The notes under the pieces are model-generated. The model ran no database searches and was not told where the DNA came from. It saw only the letters and a program-made list of their open reading frames with translations. From an uncultured Rikenellaceae bacterium (lineage in GTDB: Bacteria; Bacteroidota; Bacteroidia; Bacteroidales; VadinHA17), in contig CAZWUB010000002.1 in assembly GCA_964637415.1 (NCBI GenBank), positions 15,385 through 71,744 on the forward strand: a DNA stretch of 56,360 bases. The letters are read 5' to 3'. Positions 38,462-47,880 of the stretch are shown here, piece after piece (position 1 is the first letter of the stretch; every line of letters begins with the position of its first letter). Position numbers and translations under genes: made by a program.

Positions 38462-40561
38462 CTATTTTTTAGAAGCTTTATTTTCTTTTTCTTCCATTTC
38501 TTCCTTTAAAGCTGCAAGCTGAGTAATATCACCGAGAGTTGTCTTTTCCATATTTGACTTGGATTTTCTTGCTGATTTTTTCGGTGAATCAGTATCTGAT
38601 TTCTTCACAGGAGCTTCAGATGCTTTCTTTTCATCTTCAGAAATCCTGCTGTGCGAAACGATAATCTTCTTTGCAGATTTATTGAATTCAATAACCTTAA
38701 ACATAAGCCTTTCATCAACTTTTGCAATAGTTCCGTCTTCCTTTACAAGATGTTTGGGAGTCGCAAAGCCTTCCACACCATAAGGAAGTGCAACAATTGC
38801 ACCCTTATCAAAGACCTCCATTACAGTTCCTTCATGTACAGAATCGACAGTGAAAAGTCCTTCAAAAACATCCCATGGATTTTCTTCAAGCTGTTTATGA
38901 CCGAGACTTAAACGTCTGTTTTCCTTATCGATTTCAAGGACCATAACTTCTATTTCAGCGTCAATAGCTGTAAATTCAGCAGGATGTTTGATCTTCTTTG
39001 TCCAGGATAGATCTGAAATATGAATAAGACCGTCAACACCTTCCTCAATTTCAACAAATACTCCGAAATTAGTGAAATTTCTGACTTTCGCCATATGTTT
39101 TGAACCGACAGTATATTTTTCTTCTATATTCTGCCATGGATCCGGTTTCAGTTGTTTAATACCGAGTGACATCTTTCTTTCGGTTCTGTCGAGTGTAAGG
39201 ATAACTGCTTCCACTTCATCGCCCACTTTCATAAATTCCTGTGCGCTGCGAAGGTGCTGTGACCATGACATTTCCGAAACATGAATAAGACCTTCCACTC
39301 CGGGAGCTATCTCAACGAATGCACCATAATCAGCCATCACAACAACTTTACCCTTCACTTTTTCACCAACTGCCATATTGGGATCGACTGAATCCCATGG
39401 GTGTGGTGTCAGCTGTTTAAGGCCGAGTGCAATCCTTTTCTTATCGTCATCGAAATCCAGAATAACAACATTGAGTTTCTGGTCGAGCTGAACTATCTCT
39501 TCGGGATGATTGACCCTGCCCCATGAGAGATCAGTAATGTGAATGAGTCCGTCAACACCTCCCAGATCAATGAATACTCCGTAGGAAGTGATATTTTTAA
39601 CTGTTCCTTCGAGTACCTGACCTTTTTCAAGACGTGCGATAATCTCTTTTTTCTGCTGTTCAAGTTCTGCTTCAATAAGTGCTTTGTGGGAAACGACAAC
39701 ATTCTTGAATTCCTGATTGATCTTTACAACCTTGAATTCCATTGTTTTTCCGACATAAATATCATAATCCCTGATTGGTTTAACATCGATCTGTGATCCA
39801 GGGAGGAATGCTTCTATTCCGAAAACATCAACGATCATTCCGCCTTTGGTGCGACATTTTATATAACCTGTTATTATCTCGTCTTTTTCAAGCGACGCGT
39901 TTACCCTGTCCCATGAATTTATTGCACGGGCTTTCTTGTGGGATAATAATAGCTGGCCTTTCTTGTCTTCCTGGCTTTCAACATAAACCTCTACAGTATC
40001 TCCGACTTTCAGGTTAGGATTATAGCGGAATTCATTGAGACTGACTACACCTTCCGATTTGTAGCCAATATTTACAACGACTTCCCGTGAAGTCATCTGT
40101 ATGACAGTTCCTTTTACAACCTCATCGACAGCAACGGTTGAGAGGGTTTCATCATACATTGCTTCATACTGCTTATGTTTGGGAGAGTTCTTCATTTCAT
40201 CCTGCTCAAAACTTTCCCAGTCAAATTCTTCATTGGAGGATTTAACTGCAGGGAATCCTCTGACAAATCCGTCAGCAGATTTTATTTTTACTTTATCCGC
40301 CTGTGCTCCGGCTTCAGGATTCTCTCCGGCTTCAGTCATTTCAGCCTCTGCTGATACCTCAACAGTTTCGGCATTATCAAATTCAGTGACTTCTACTTTT
40401 ACAGGCTCCTCTTCATTTACGGGCAGCAAATCTTCTTCAAGTTCCTGCTCAATAAGCTTTTCTCTTGCTTCCCTGATCCTGGGTTTCTTAACTGCTTTCT
40501 GAACATCACTTTCAGTTACATCAACCTCTTTCTTTGGTGTTTTTTTCTTGTTGTCAGTCAT
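38462..40561 (-). CDS. rpsA: 30S ribosomal protein S1 with extended termini
   Basis: 699-aa ORF with six S1 motifs (repeated G.V......GAFV/GVFVEI..GV(D/E)GLIH patterns). It has an acidic/lysine-rich ~112-aa N-terminal extension and a Lys-rich C-terminal tail. Confidence 0.9.
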   Translation of the reverse strand: MTDNKKKTPKKEVDVTESDVQKAVKKPRIREAREKLIEQELEEDLLPVNEEEPVKVEVTEFDNAETVEVSAEAEMTEAGENPEAGAQADKVKIKSADGFVRGFPAVKSSNEEFDWESFEQDEMKNSPKHKQYEAMYDETLSTVAVDEVVKGTVIQMTSREVVVNIGYKSEGVVSLNEFRYNPNLKVGDTVEVYVESQEDKKGQLLLSHKKARAINSWDRVNASLEKDEIITGYIKCRTKGGMIVDVFGIEAFLPGSQIDVKPIRDYDIYVGKTMEFKVVKINQEFKNVVVSHKALIEAELEQQKKEIIARLEKGQVLEGTVKNITSYGVFIDLGGVDGLIHITDLSWGRVNHPEEIVQLDQKLNVVILDFDDDKKRIALGLKQLTPHPWDSVDPNMAVGEKVKGKVVVMADYGAFVEIAPGVEGLIHVSEMSWSQHLRSAQEFMKVGDEVEAVILTLDRTERKMSLGIKQLKPDPWQNIEEKYTVGSKHMAKVRNFTNFGVFVEIEEGVDGLIHISDLSWTKKIKHPAEFTAIDAEIEVMVLEIDKENRRLSLGHKQLEENPWDVFEGLFTVDSVHEGTVMEVFDKGAIVALPYGVEGFATPKHLVKEDGTIAKVDERLMFKVIEFNKSAKKIIVSHSRISEDEKKASEAPVKKSDTDSPKKSARKSKSNMEKTTLGDITQLAALKEEMEEKENKASKK

Positions 40562-40622
40562 AATGCGTTAATAAAAATACTAATAATTAATAAGTTAGAC
40601 ATTATTTTGAAAAATTGGTCTG

Positions 40623-40630
40623 CAAAGATA
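40623..40630 (-). promoter_or_regulatory. candidate -7 box TATCTTTG (minus strand) upstream of rpsA
   Basis: Plus strand reads CAAAGATA, about 60 nt upstream of the rpsA ATG. Confidence 0.3.
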
Positions 40631-40724
40631 GGATATTTATTTAATAATTACATTGAAATGCGGGTATTTTATGAGACCATAAAGGGTTCGTTCATGCCTG
40701 ATTTCCAAATCTCGCCCGATCTAT

Positions 40725-40732
40725 TATCTTTG
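40725..40732 (+). promoter_or_regulatory. candidate -7 box TATCTTTG upstream of ugd
   Basis: Matches TAnnTTTG, about 36 nt before the ATG. Confidence 0.35.
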
Positions 40733-40768
40733 CATCTGATTATACTACTGAAGAAATAATCGTGCCAC

Positions 40769-42085
40769 ATGAAGATTGCTGTTATTGGGACTGGATACGT
40801 CGGGCTGGTTACCGGAACCTGTTTTGCTGAAACCGGGGTTACAGTTATTTGTATTGATAAGGATGAAGATAAGATCAGGCAGCTGAACTCCGGTACCTTA
40901 CCAATTTATGAACCGGGCCTTGAGACGATGATTGCAAGGAATACAGAAAAGAACAGGCTGCTTTTTTCATCATCGGTAAGTGAAGGTATCCGGGGAGCGG
41001 AAGTAATTTTTATAGCGGTAGGAACACCTCCCGGAGAAGATGGCAGCGCTGACCTGAAACATGTACTTGATGTTGCCACTGAAATAGGTAATTCATTAAA
41101 GGAGTATTCTGTTATAGTTACCAAAAGTACTGTTCCTGTGGGGACATCGGAAGAAATCAGAAAGAGAATTCAGAGCCGGCTTGACGAACGAAATGTAAAA
41201 CTAAGGTTCGACATGGCATCCAATCCGGAATTCCTTAAAGAAGGGGCTGCCGTTGAGGATTTTCTCAAACCCGAAAGAATAGTTATCGGTGTCGGAAATC
41301 CCGAAACAGGCGAGGTCATGAAAAGACTCTACATGCCTTTTGTTCTCAATAACCATCCAATATTGTTCATGGATATCCCCTCAGCTGAAATAACCAAATA
41401 TGCAGCAAACGCCATGCTGGCAACCCGGATCAGCTTTATTAACGAAATGGCTAACCTGTGCGATCTTCTGGGCGCCGATATAAATCATGTGAGAAGAGGC
41501 ATAGGAAGCGATTCGCGAATTGGCCATAAATTCCTTTACCCGGGTACAGGCTACGGAGGCTCATGCTTCCCCAAGGATGTTAAGGCAATAATTAAAACTG
41601 CCGAGAACCTTGGTTATGAGATGAATGTCGTCAAAGCCGTTGAAAAAGCAAATGAATTCCAGAAGAATGTCATCTTCAACAAAATGAAAAAACATTTTAA
41701 CGGAAACCTGCTAAACCGTACCATTGGGATCTGGGGATTATCCTTCAAACCTAAAACAGACGATATAAGAGAATCCTCATCTATATATCTCATAAAAAAA
41801 CTACTGAAAGAAGGAGCTGTTATAAAAACTTATGATCCTGCAGCAATGGAGGAGGCTGAAAAACAACTTGGAAATACTGTCACATTCAGTACAGACCCTT
41901 ACGACGCACTCAGGGATACAGACGCTCTGGTTCTGATGACAGAATGGTCTGAATTCCATCTTCCCGATTTTAAAAAGATGGCGGCTACAATGAAAGGCAG
42001 GGTAATTTTCGATGGAAGAAATATTTACGATCCTCAGGTAATTGCGAATATGGGATTTGAGTATTATGGGATCGGAAGAAGATAG
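40769..42085 (+). CDS. ugd: UDP-glucose 6-dehydrogenase
   Basis: 438-aa ORF with MKIAVIGTGYVGLVTG Rossmann motif and catalytic GGSCFPKD. Confidence 0.9.
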   Translation: MKIAVIGTGYVGLVTGTCFAETGVTVICIDKDEDKIRQLNSGTLPIYEPGLETMIARNTEKNRLLFSSSVSEGIRGAEVIFIAVGTPPGEDGSADLKHVLDVATEIGNSLKEYSVIVTKSTVPVGTSEEIRKRIQSRLDERNVKLRFDMASNPEFLKEGAAVEDFLKPERIVIGVGNPETGEVMKRLYMPFVLNNHPILFMDIPSAEITKYAANAMLATRISFINEMANLCDLLGADINHVRRGIGSDSRIGHKFLYPGTGYGGSCFPKDVKAIIKTAENLGYEMNVVKAVEKANEFQKNVIFNKMKKHFNGNLLNRTIGIWGLSFKPKTDDIRESSSIYLIKKLLKEGAVIKTYDPAAMEEAEKQLGNTVTFSTDPYDALRDTDALVLMTEWSEFHLPDFKKMAATMKGRVIFDGRNIYDPQVIANMGFEYYGIGRR

Positions 42086-42126
42086 TTTGGAGTTTGGAGT
42101 TTGGAGTTTGGAGTTTGGAGTTTGGA
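42085..42126. repeat. (GTTTGGA)x6 perfect tandem heptamer
   Basis: Six perfect copies counted. The first G is the last base of the ugd stop codon. Confidence 0.95.
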
Positions 42127-42340
42127 GTTGGCAAGAAAGACTTAGAGACTGAGAGCCTCCGGAATCCCCTCCTGGGAGGGCCTGTCCCGCACAGCGGGAG
42201 GTTAGGGGTGGGTTTTGAGACGAAGAGACTGAGAGACAGAAGGGTTCGTCGCAGGGAATCCCCTCCTGGGAGGGGTTTGGGGTGGGTTTAGTGACTGAGA
42301 GACTAAGCGACGAATGGACTGAGGGACTCCGTGATTTTAA
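42127..42340. repeat. mosaic of GC-rich hairpin modules and GAGACTGAGAG-type words
   Basis: GGAATCCCCTCCTGGGAGGG at 42161-42180 and 42255-42274. GAGACTGAGAG at 42145 and 42225. Hairpin TCCCGC-ACA-GCGGGA at 42185-42199. AGCGACGAA at 42306-42314. Confidence 0.85.
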
Positions 42341-42359
42341 ATAAAATAATAAATATCAG

Positions 42360-43253
42360 ATGAAAGGAATTATTCTGGCAGGTGGTTCCGGAACAAGGCT
42401 GTATCCGATAACAAGCGCCATATCAAAACAGATGCTTCCTGTTTATGATAAGCCGATGATCTATTACCCTCTTTCGGTACTTATGCTTGCCGGCATCCGT
42501 GAAATACTAATCATTTCAACACCCCGTGACCTGCCGGGTTTCCGCAATCTCCTCGGCGATGGCAAACCTCTGGGAATGAGCTTCAGCTATATTGAACAAC
42601 CTTCCCCTGATGGTCTTGCCCAGGCATTTATTTTAGGAGACAAATTCATCGGGGATGAGACTGTATGCATGATCCTTGGAGATAATATTTTTTACGGACA
42701 TGGATTCGGGGATGTTCTTCTGAAAACCGCAACACTTGTAAACGGTGCATGTGTTTTCGGATACTATGTCACTGATCCTGAACGGTATGGAGTCGTTGAA
42801 TTTGACAGTAACGGCAAAGCTGTAAGCATTGAGGAGAAACCCTCCGCTCCGAAATCAAATTATGCCGTCACAGGTCTTTACTTTTACGATAACTCAGTTG
42901 TTAAAAAATCCAAATCCCTCAGACCATCTGCCCGCGGCGAACTTGAAATAACTGACCTTAACAGGCTTTACCTTGAGGAGGGCACTCTGACAGTCAGACT
43001 CATGGGAAGGGGAATGGCATGGCTTGACACAGGAACCTGCGAAAGTCTTCTTCAGGCATCAAATTTCATTGCAACACTCGAACAACGGCAAAGCCTTAAA
43101 GCTTCATGTATTGAGGAAATTGCATATAAAAGAGGATTTATTGACAAACAACAGCTCATTGCACTGGCTGAACCTATAAAGAAGAGCCAGTATGGCATGT
43201 ACCTGCTAAGGATAGCTTACGAAGAGATCAGCCTGGCAGAGAGATTAAAATAA
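42360..43253 (+). CDS. rfbA: glucose-1-phosphate thymidylyltransferase
   Basis: 297-aa ORF: [28 protein letters not shown]. Confidence 0.95.
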   Translation: MKGIILAGGSGTRLYPITSAISKQMLPVYDKPMIYYPLSVLMLAGIREILIISTPRDLPGFRNLLGDGKPLGMSFSYIEQPSPDGLAQAFILGDKFIGDETVCMILGDNIFYGHGFGDVLLKTATLVNGACVFGYYVTDPERYGVVEFDSNGKAVSIEEKPSAPKSNYAVTGLYFYDNSVVKKSKSLRPSARGELEITDLNRLYLEEGTLTVRLMGRGMAWLDTGTCESLLQASNFIATLEQRQSLKASCIEEIAYKRGFIDKQQLIALAEPIKKSQYGMYLLRIAYEEISLAERLK

Positions 43254-43265
43254 CCAACCGGTATA

Positions 43266-43814
43266 ATGGAAATAATTGAAACAGGATTCAGCGGATTGCT
43301 TGTTATAAAGCCAACAGTCTATTCTGATAAAAGAGGATATTTTTTTGAGAGTTTCAACCATGAGACTTACAGGAATGCAGGAATATCCTTCACTCCGGTC
43401 CAGGACAATGAATCGAAATCATCAAAGGGAGTGATCCGTGGCCTGCATTACCAGCTCCGGCCATATGACCAGGCAAAACTCATCAGGGTGATTGAAGGAA
43501 AGATCTTCGATGTGGCTCTGGATCTGCGCAAAGAGTCTCCCACCTATGGTAAATGGTACGGCCTTGAGCTCGATTCTGACAGCAAAACACAACTATTTAT
43601 CCCTAAAGGATTTGCCCATGGATTCTCGGTACTCAGCGATGTTGCAATAATATTATATAAAACTGATAACTTTTATAACCGGTCTGCAGAAAGAGGGATA
43701 GCTCTTAATGATCCTGACCTGAGCATTGACTGGCATAACGGAAACTCAATTCCGGTAATCAGTGAAAAGGATACAGCAAATCCGCCCCTGAAAGAGGCAG
43801 AAAATAACTTCTGA
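43266..43814 (+). CDS. rfbC: dTDP-4-dehydrorhamnose 3,5-epimerase
   Basis: 182-aa ORF: D.RGYFFESF, RGLHYQ, KLIRVIEG..FDVA.DLR, FAHGF. Confidence 0.95.
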   Translation: MEIIETGFSGLLVIKPTVYSDKRGYFFESFNHETYRNAGISFTPVQDNESKSSKGVIRGLHYQLRPYDQAKLIRVIEGKIFDVALDLRKESPTYGKWYGLELDSDSKTQLFIPKGFAHGFSVLSDVAIILYKTDNFYNRSAERGIALNDPDLSIDWHNGNSIPVISEKDTANPPLKEAENNF

Positions 43815-43830
43815 TATAAATAAGAAAAAT

Positions 43831-44703
43831 ATGGCAAGAATCCTTATTACAGGTTCAGACGGACAGCTGGGAAATGAATTGAAGCTGGTTTCAAAGTACT
43901 ATTGCGGTTATGATTTCATCTTTACCGATCTCGACACACTTGACATCACAGATGATCACAAAACGAAGGATTTCATTCAAAAAGTAAGCCCTGACTGGAT
44001 AATAAACTGTGCCGCATATAATCAGGTTGATAAGGCCGAAAGTGATATTGAAACTGCGATGCTTGTAAACAGCGTTGCCGTAAAAAACATCGCCGGATCA
44101 ATTGAAGGAACAGACTGCAGGCTCATTCATTTCTCAACCGATTATGTTTTCAGCGGCAAATCATTCACTCCCTACAATGAATATTCAGTGCCGGACCCTG
44201 AGAGCGTCTATGGAAAGTCAAAGCTGGCCGGGGAAAAAGCCGCTCTCTCCCATTATACGGCAATGGTTATTCGGACATCATGGCTTTATTCGTCATTCGG
44301 ATCAAATTTTGTCAAAACAATTCTTAAAAAGGCAAAAGAAAAAGAATCGCTGAATGTAGTTTTCGACCAGGTTGGAACACCCACTTATGCAGCTGATCTG
44401 GCAAAAGCGGTTATGATTATTATTGCAGGTGTGATACGAAATCAGATCGCATTTATTCCGGGAATCTACCACTATTCAAATGAAGGTGTCTGCAGCTGGT
44501 ACGATTTCGCTGAAGCAATAGTGGAGGAAGCTGAAATCAACTGCAGGATAATTCCAATATTATCTGAACAGTACCCAACAGCGGCAAAGAGACCTGCTTA
44601 TTCAGTGCTGGATAAAGGGAAAATAAAGGAGAACTATAGTCTTACTATAAATCACTGGAGAAGCAGTCTTAAGAAATGTATCATATTACTCCAAAACGAA
44701 TAA
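43831..44703 (+). CDS. rfbD: dTDP-4-dehydrorhamnose reductase
   Basis: 290-aa ORF: ILITGSDGQLG, STDYVF, YGKSKLAGE. Confidence 0.9.
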   Translation: MARILITGSDGQLGNELKLVSKYYCGYDFIFTDLDTLDITDDHKTKDFIQKVSPDWIINCAAYNQVDKAESDIETAMLVNSVAVKNIAGSIEGTDCRLIHFSTDYVFSGKSFTPYNEYSVPDPESVYGKSKLAGEKAALSHYTAMVIRTSWLYSSFGSNFVKTILKKAKEKESLNVVFDQVGTPTYAADLAKAVMIIIAGVIRNQIAFIPGIYHYSNEGVCSWYDFAEAIVEEAEINCRIIPILSEQYPTAAKRPAYSVLDKGKIKENYSLTINHWRSSLKKCIILLQNE

Positions 44704-44723
44704 TACACATACCCCCTCCCCGG

Positions 44724-44743
44724 CCCTCCCCCAGGGGGGAGGG
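44724..44743. terminator. GC-rich hairpin CCCTCCCC-CAGG-GGGGAGGG just after rfbD
   Basis: 8-bp G/C stem, 21 nt after the rfbD stop, with no U-tract. Same CCCTCC/GGAGGG flavour as the modules at 42161 and 42255. Confidence 0.4.
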
Positions 44744-44805
44744 AGCAGGAAGAGGAACTGAAACGAATTAAACATTGAAACAAAAACAAAGCAATACTAT
44801 ATACT

Positions 44806-46539
44806 ATGTTACCAATTGAAGATATCAGGAACAGGGCCAGGAAATGGCTGGGAAATGAATTCAATGAAGAAACACGCAATGAAGTCCGCGAGATGCTCGA
44901 AAAAGATGAAAAGAAGCTTGTTGATGCTTTTTACCAGGATCTTGAATTCGGCACAGGAGGACTCAGAGGCATAATGGGTGCCGGAACCAACAGAATGAAT
45001 ATCTACACAATGGGAATGGCAACCCAGGGTCTTTCAAATTATATAATCAAACAGTGTGGCAGCATAGGAATCAGAGTTGCCATAGCCCACGATTGCAGGA
45101 ATAACAGCAGGTATTTCGCAGAGACAGCCGCCGGAATTTTTTCATCAAACGGATTCGAAGTTTATCTTTTCGAAGCTCTACGGCCGACACCAGCTTTATC
45201 TTTTGCAATACGGCATTACAACTGCCAGAGCGGGATAGTTATAACTGCCTCTCACAATCCGCCGGAATATAACGGATACAAAGCATACTGGAACGATGGC
45301 GGCCAGGTGGTTGCTCCTCACGACCAGGGTATTATGGATGAAGTTCGCAGGATCAGCTCTGTTACTGAGATCAAGTTCGGGGGAAGTAAAGAGAATATAA
45401 AGATAATCGGGAAGGAAACTGATGAAGCATTTTTGCAGGAGGTTCTAAAAATGAGACTAAATCCTGAAGCCATCAGCAAACAAAGTGATATTGGAATCGT
45501 TTTCACCCCTATCCACGGGACAGGAGGAACTCTGGTACCGCCTGCACTTAAATTATTCGGATTTAAGAACATCATTACCGTTCCCGAACAGGATATTCCT
45601 GACGGAAATTTCCCGACTGTAAAGTCACCAAATCCGGAAGAACCTGATGCCATGAAACTTGCCATCATGAAAGCAGAAGCTACCGGTGCAGAGCTGGTTC
45701 TGGCAACGGATCCCGATGCAGACAGGCTGGGAATTGCTTGTAAAAATAAATCAGGTGAATTTGTTCTTCTTAACGGCAACCAGACAGGGGCACTGCTGAC
45801 ATATTACATCCTGTCACAATATAAGGAAAAGAATAAATACAAGGGTAATGAGTATATTATCAAGACAATAGTGACAACCGACCTGATGGACCGGATAGCT
45901 GAGCGGTACAATGTTGAATGCTTCAATGTACTTACCGGATTTAAGTTTTTCGCTGAGCTGATCAGAGACCTCGAAGGAAAAAAGAAATATATCGGAGGTG
46001 GAGAGGAGAGTTACGGCTTCCTTCCCGGCGACTATGTAAGGGACAAGGATGCCGTTGCATCATGCGCGCTTGTTGCTGAAATTACAGCATGGGCAAAAAG
46101 CAGCGGAAGATCCCTTTATGAACTTCTGATAGATATTTACCTTGAATTTGGCCTGTACAAGGAAAAGCTAATTAATATTGTAAGAAAAGGGAAAGAAGGA
46201 GCTGAGGAAATAAAAGCGATGATGGAAACATACAGGAATAATCCACCCGTCACGATCAACAACAGCAAAGTCGTAAAAATAAATGATTATGAGACCCTTC
46301 TATCAACTGATGTTCTTACAGGGAAGAAAACGCAGATTGATCTGCTGAGATCGGATGTTCTTCAATTCTTCCTTGAGGATGGAAGCAAGATATCTGTCAG
46401 ACCATCCGGAACAGAGCCTAAGATCAAATTCTACTTCAGTGTAAATACAAAGCTCGGATCTGCAGAAAAGTTTGAAGGAACCAACAAACTGCTGGACGAC
46501 AGAATTAACGGAATAATAAGGGATATGAACCTTACTTAG
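44806..46539 (+). CDS. phospho-sugar mutase (phosphoglucomutase/phosphomannomutase family)
   Basis: 577-aa ORF with active-site TASHNPPEYNGYK and Mg-binding ATDPDADR. Confidence 0.9.
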   Translation: MLPIEDIRNRARKWLGNEFNEETRNEVREMLEKDEKKLVDAFYQDLEFGTGGLRGIMGAGTNRMNIYTMGMATQGLSNYIIKQCGSIGIRVAIAHDCRNNSRYFAETAAGIFSSNGFEVYLFEALRPTPALSFAIRHYNCQSGIVITASHNPPEYNGYKAYWNDGGQVVAPHDQGIMDEVRRISSVTEIKFGGSKENIKIIGKETDEAFLQEVLKMRLNPEAISKQSDIGIVFTPIHGTGGTLVPPALKLFGFKNIITVPEQDIPDGNFPTVKSPNPEEPDAMKLAIMKAEATGAELVLATDPDADRLGIACKNKSGEFVLLNGNQTGALLTYYILSQYKEKNKYKGNEYIIKTIVTTDLMDRIAERYNVECFNVLTGFKFFAELIRDLEGKKKYIGGGEESYGFLPGDYVRDKDAVASCALVAEITAWAKSSGRSLYELLIDIYLEFGLYKEKLINIVRKGKEGAEEIKAMMETYRNNPPVTINNSKVVKINDYETLLSTDVLTGKKTQIDLLRSDVLQFFLEDGSKISVRPSGTEPKIKFYFSVNTKLGSAEKFEGTNKLLDDRINGIIRDMNLT

Positions 46540-46549
46540 TCTGATAAGA

Positions 46550-46593
46550 AAAAACGTATTATAATACGTTTTTAAAAACGTATTTTAATACGT
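46550..46593. promoter_or_regulatory. two tandem copies of the palindrome ACGTATT-N2-AATACGT (possible terminator and/or operator)
   Basis: 46550-46573 is a perfect 24-bp palindrome, AAAAACGTATTA/TAATACGTTTTT. The second copy is at 46578-46593, with centres 24 bp apart. Both lie between the mutase stop and the yjbQ ATG. Confidence 0.45.
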
Positions 46594-46618
46594 AGATATT
46601 ACAAACATTAAATTTATT

Positions 46619-47035
46619 ATGAAATCTTACCGTAAAGAACTCTGGTTTGAAACACCAACCCGGAGAGCATTCATCAACATTACCGGCCAGGTTGAAAAAT
46701 GTCTGGACGAATCAGGCATAAAGGAAGGTCTAATACTTATAAATGCTATGCACATTACAAGCTCCGTATTCATCAATGATGATGAATCGGGACTGCATCA
46801 CGATTTTGAAGTCTGGCTGGAAAAGCTGGCTCCTGAGAAACCCTACAGCCAGTATAGACATAACGGTTTCGAGGATAATGCTGATGCCCACATCAAACGT
46901 ACGATAATGGGTCGTGAAACCATTGTGGCTGTCACAAACGGAAGAATGGATTTCGGGCCATGGGAACAGATCTTCTATGGCGAATTCGACGGCAAAAGAA
47001 GAAAGAGGGTTCTTGTCAAGATTATCGGGGAATAA
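46619..47035 (+). CDS. yjbQ: YjbQ/UPF0047 family protein (secondary thiamine-phosphate synthase)
   Basis: 138-aa ORF with the YjbQ-like pattern ([42 protein letters not shown]). Confidence 0.85.
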   Translation: MKSYRKELWFETPTRRAFINITGQVEKCLDESGIKEGLILINAMHITSSVFINDDESGLHHDFEVWLEKLAPEKPYSQYRHNGFEDNADAHIKRTIMGRETIVAVTNGRMDFGPWEQIFYGEFDGKRRKRVLVKIIGE

Positions 47036-47087
47036 CAATTGCGAGTCATAATTAAAGGAACCCGGGAATCCGGAATTTTTAAAATAT

Positions 47088-47789
47088 ATGGGACCAAAGA
47101 GTGAAATAACAACAGTTGAAAAAAGATCACTGATTATAAAACTATTAATCAGATTCTCTTTAGTCCCTTTATTTATAGTAGTGTTCACCCTACTTCCTGC
47201 CGGGACTTTAAATTACTGGCAGGTTTACCTGTACTTTACCATCCTGGTTGTGCCGATGATCTTCGTCCTTTTCTACTTTCTCAAAAGAGATCCTAAATTC
47301 CTTGAGCGGCGGACTAAAGGAACTGAAAAGGAGAAGGAACAGAAGCTTATCCAACTCATTAATCTGCCGGTTTTTATTGCAGCATTCATAATTCCCGGGC
47401 TTGACAGGCGTTTCGGATGGTCGGATGTTCCTGTTGTGGTAGTCATAATAACTGATATTGTCATCCTCCTGGGATACCTGATAATATTCAGGGTGTTCCG
47501 GGAGAACAGCTATGCTTCGCGGATTATTGAGATCGACAGGGAGCAGAAAGTGATTTCAACAGGTTTATATGGCATAGTCAGACACCCGATGTATCTGGGT
47601 GTTCTCATAATGTATCTGCCGACTCCTCTTGCTCTTGGTTCGTACTGGGGCCTTTTACCTATGGCATTGCTGCCGGTCACACTTGTTTTAAGGATCCTGA
47701 ATGAGGAAAAGGTACTTTCTGAAAAACTTGAGGGATATAAGCATTATTGCCGGAAAACGAAATACAGGCTGATCCCTTACATCTGGTAA
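47088..47789 (+). CDS. isoprenylcysteine carboxyl methyltransferase (ICMT)-family membrane methyltransferase
   Basis: 233-aa multi-TM ORF with TGLYGIVRHPMYLG motif. Confidence 0.75.
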   Translation: MGPKSEITTVEKRSLIIKLLIRFSLVPLFIVVFTLLPAGTLNYWQVYLYFTILVVPMIFVLFYFLKRDPKFLERRTKGTEKEKEQKLIQLINLPVFIAAFIIPGLDRRFGWSDVPVVVVIITDIVILLGYLIIFRVFRENSYASRIIEIDREQKVISTGLYGIVRHPMYLGVLIMYLPTPLALGSYWGLLPMALLPVTLVLRILNEEKVLSEKLEGYKHYCRKTKYRLIPYIW

Positions 47790-47880
47790 CCTCCAGTAAC
47801 CAACAGGATCAGAATAGTATTGTAACCAATACTTTTGTAACAAACTGGTCATCTCTTACAAATGCCGGAGGCTTGGAAGT

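Noticed and set aside
40101-40502. 133-aa Ser/Thr-rich ORF antisense to rpsA, and similar antisense ORFs at 5996-6409, 45318-45779, 46730-47188, 17223-17738 and 51304-51762
   Set aside because: These are shadow ORFs inside strongly supported genes, with low-complexity or biased composition and no independent start or promoter signals.
42094-42291. 65-aa ORF (MEFGVWSLEFGVGKK...) in the ugd-rfbA spacer
   Set aside because: It is simply the translation of the GTTTGGA heptamer array and the GC-rich hairpin modules. It has a TTG start, low complexity and no coding signal.
44652-44879. 75-aa minus-strand ORF spanning the rfbD/mutase spacer
   Set aside because: It overlaps the ends of two well-supported plus-strand genes. 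Its PPGGGPGRG segment is the translated CCCTCCCC/GGGGAGGG hairpin.
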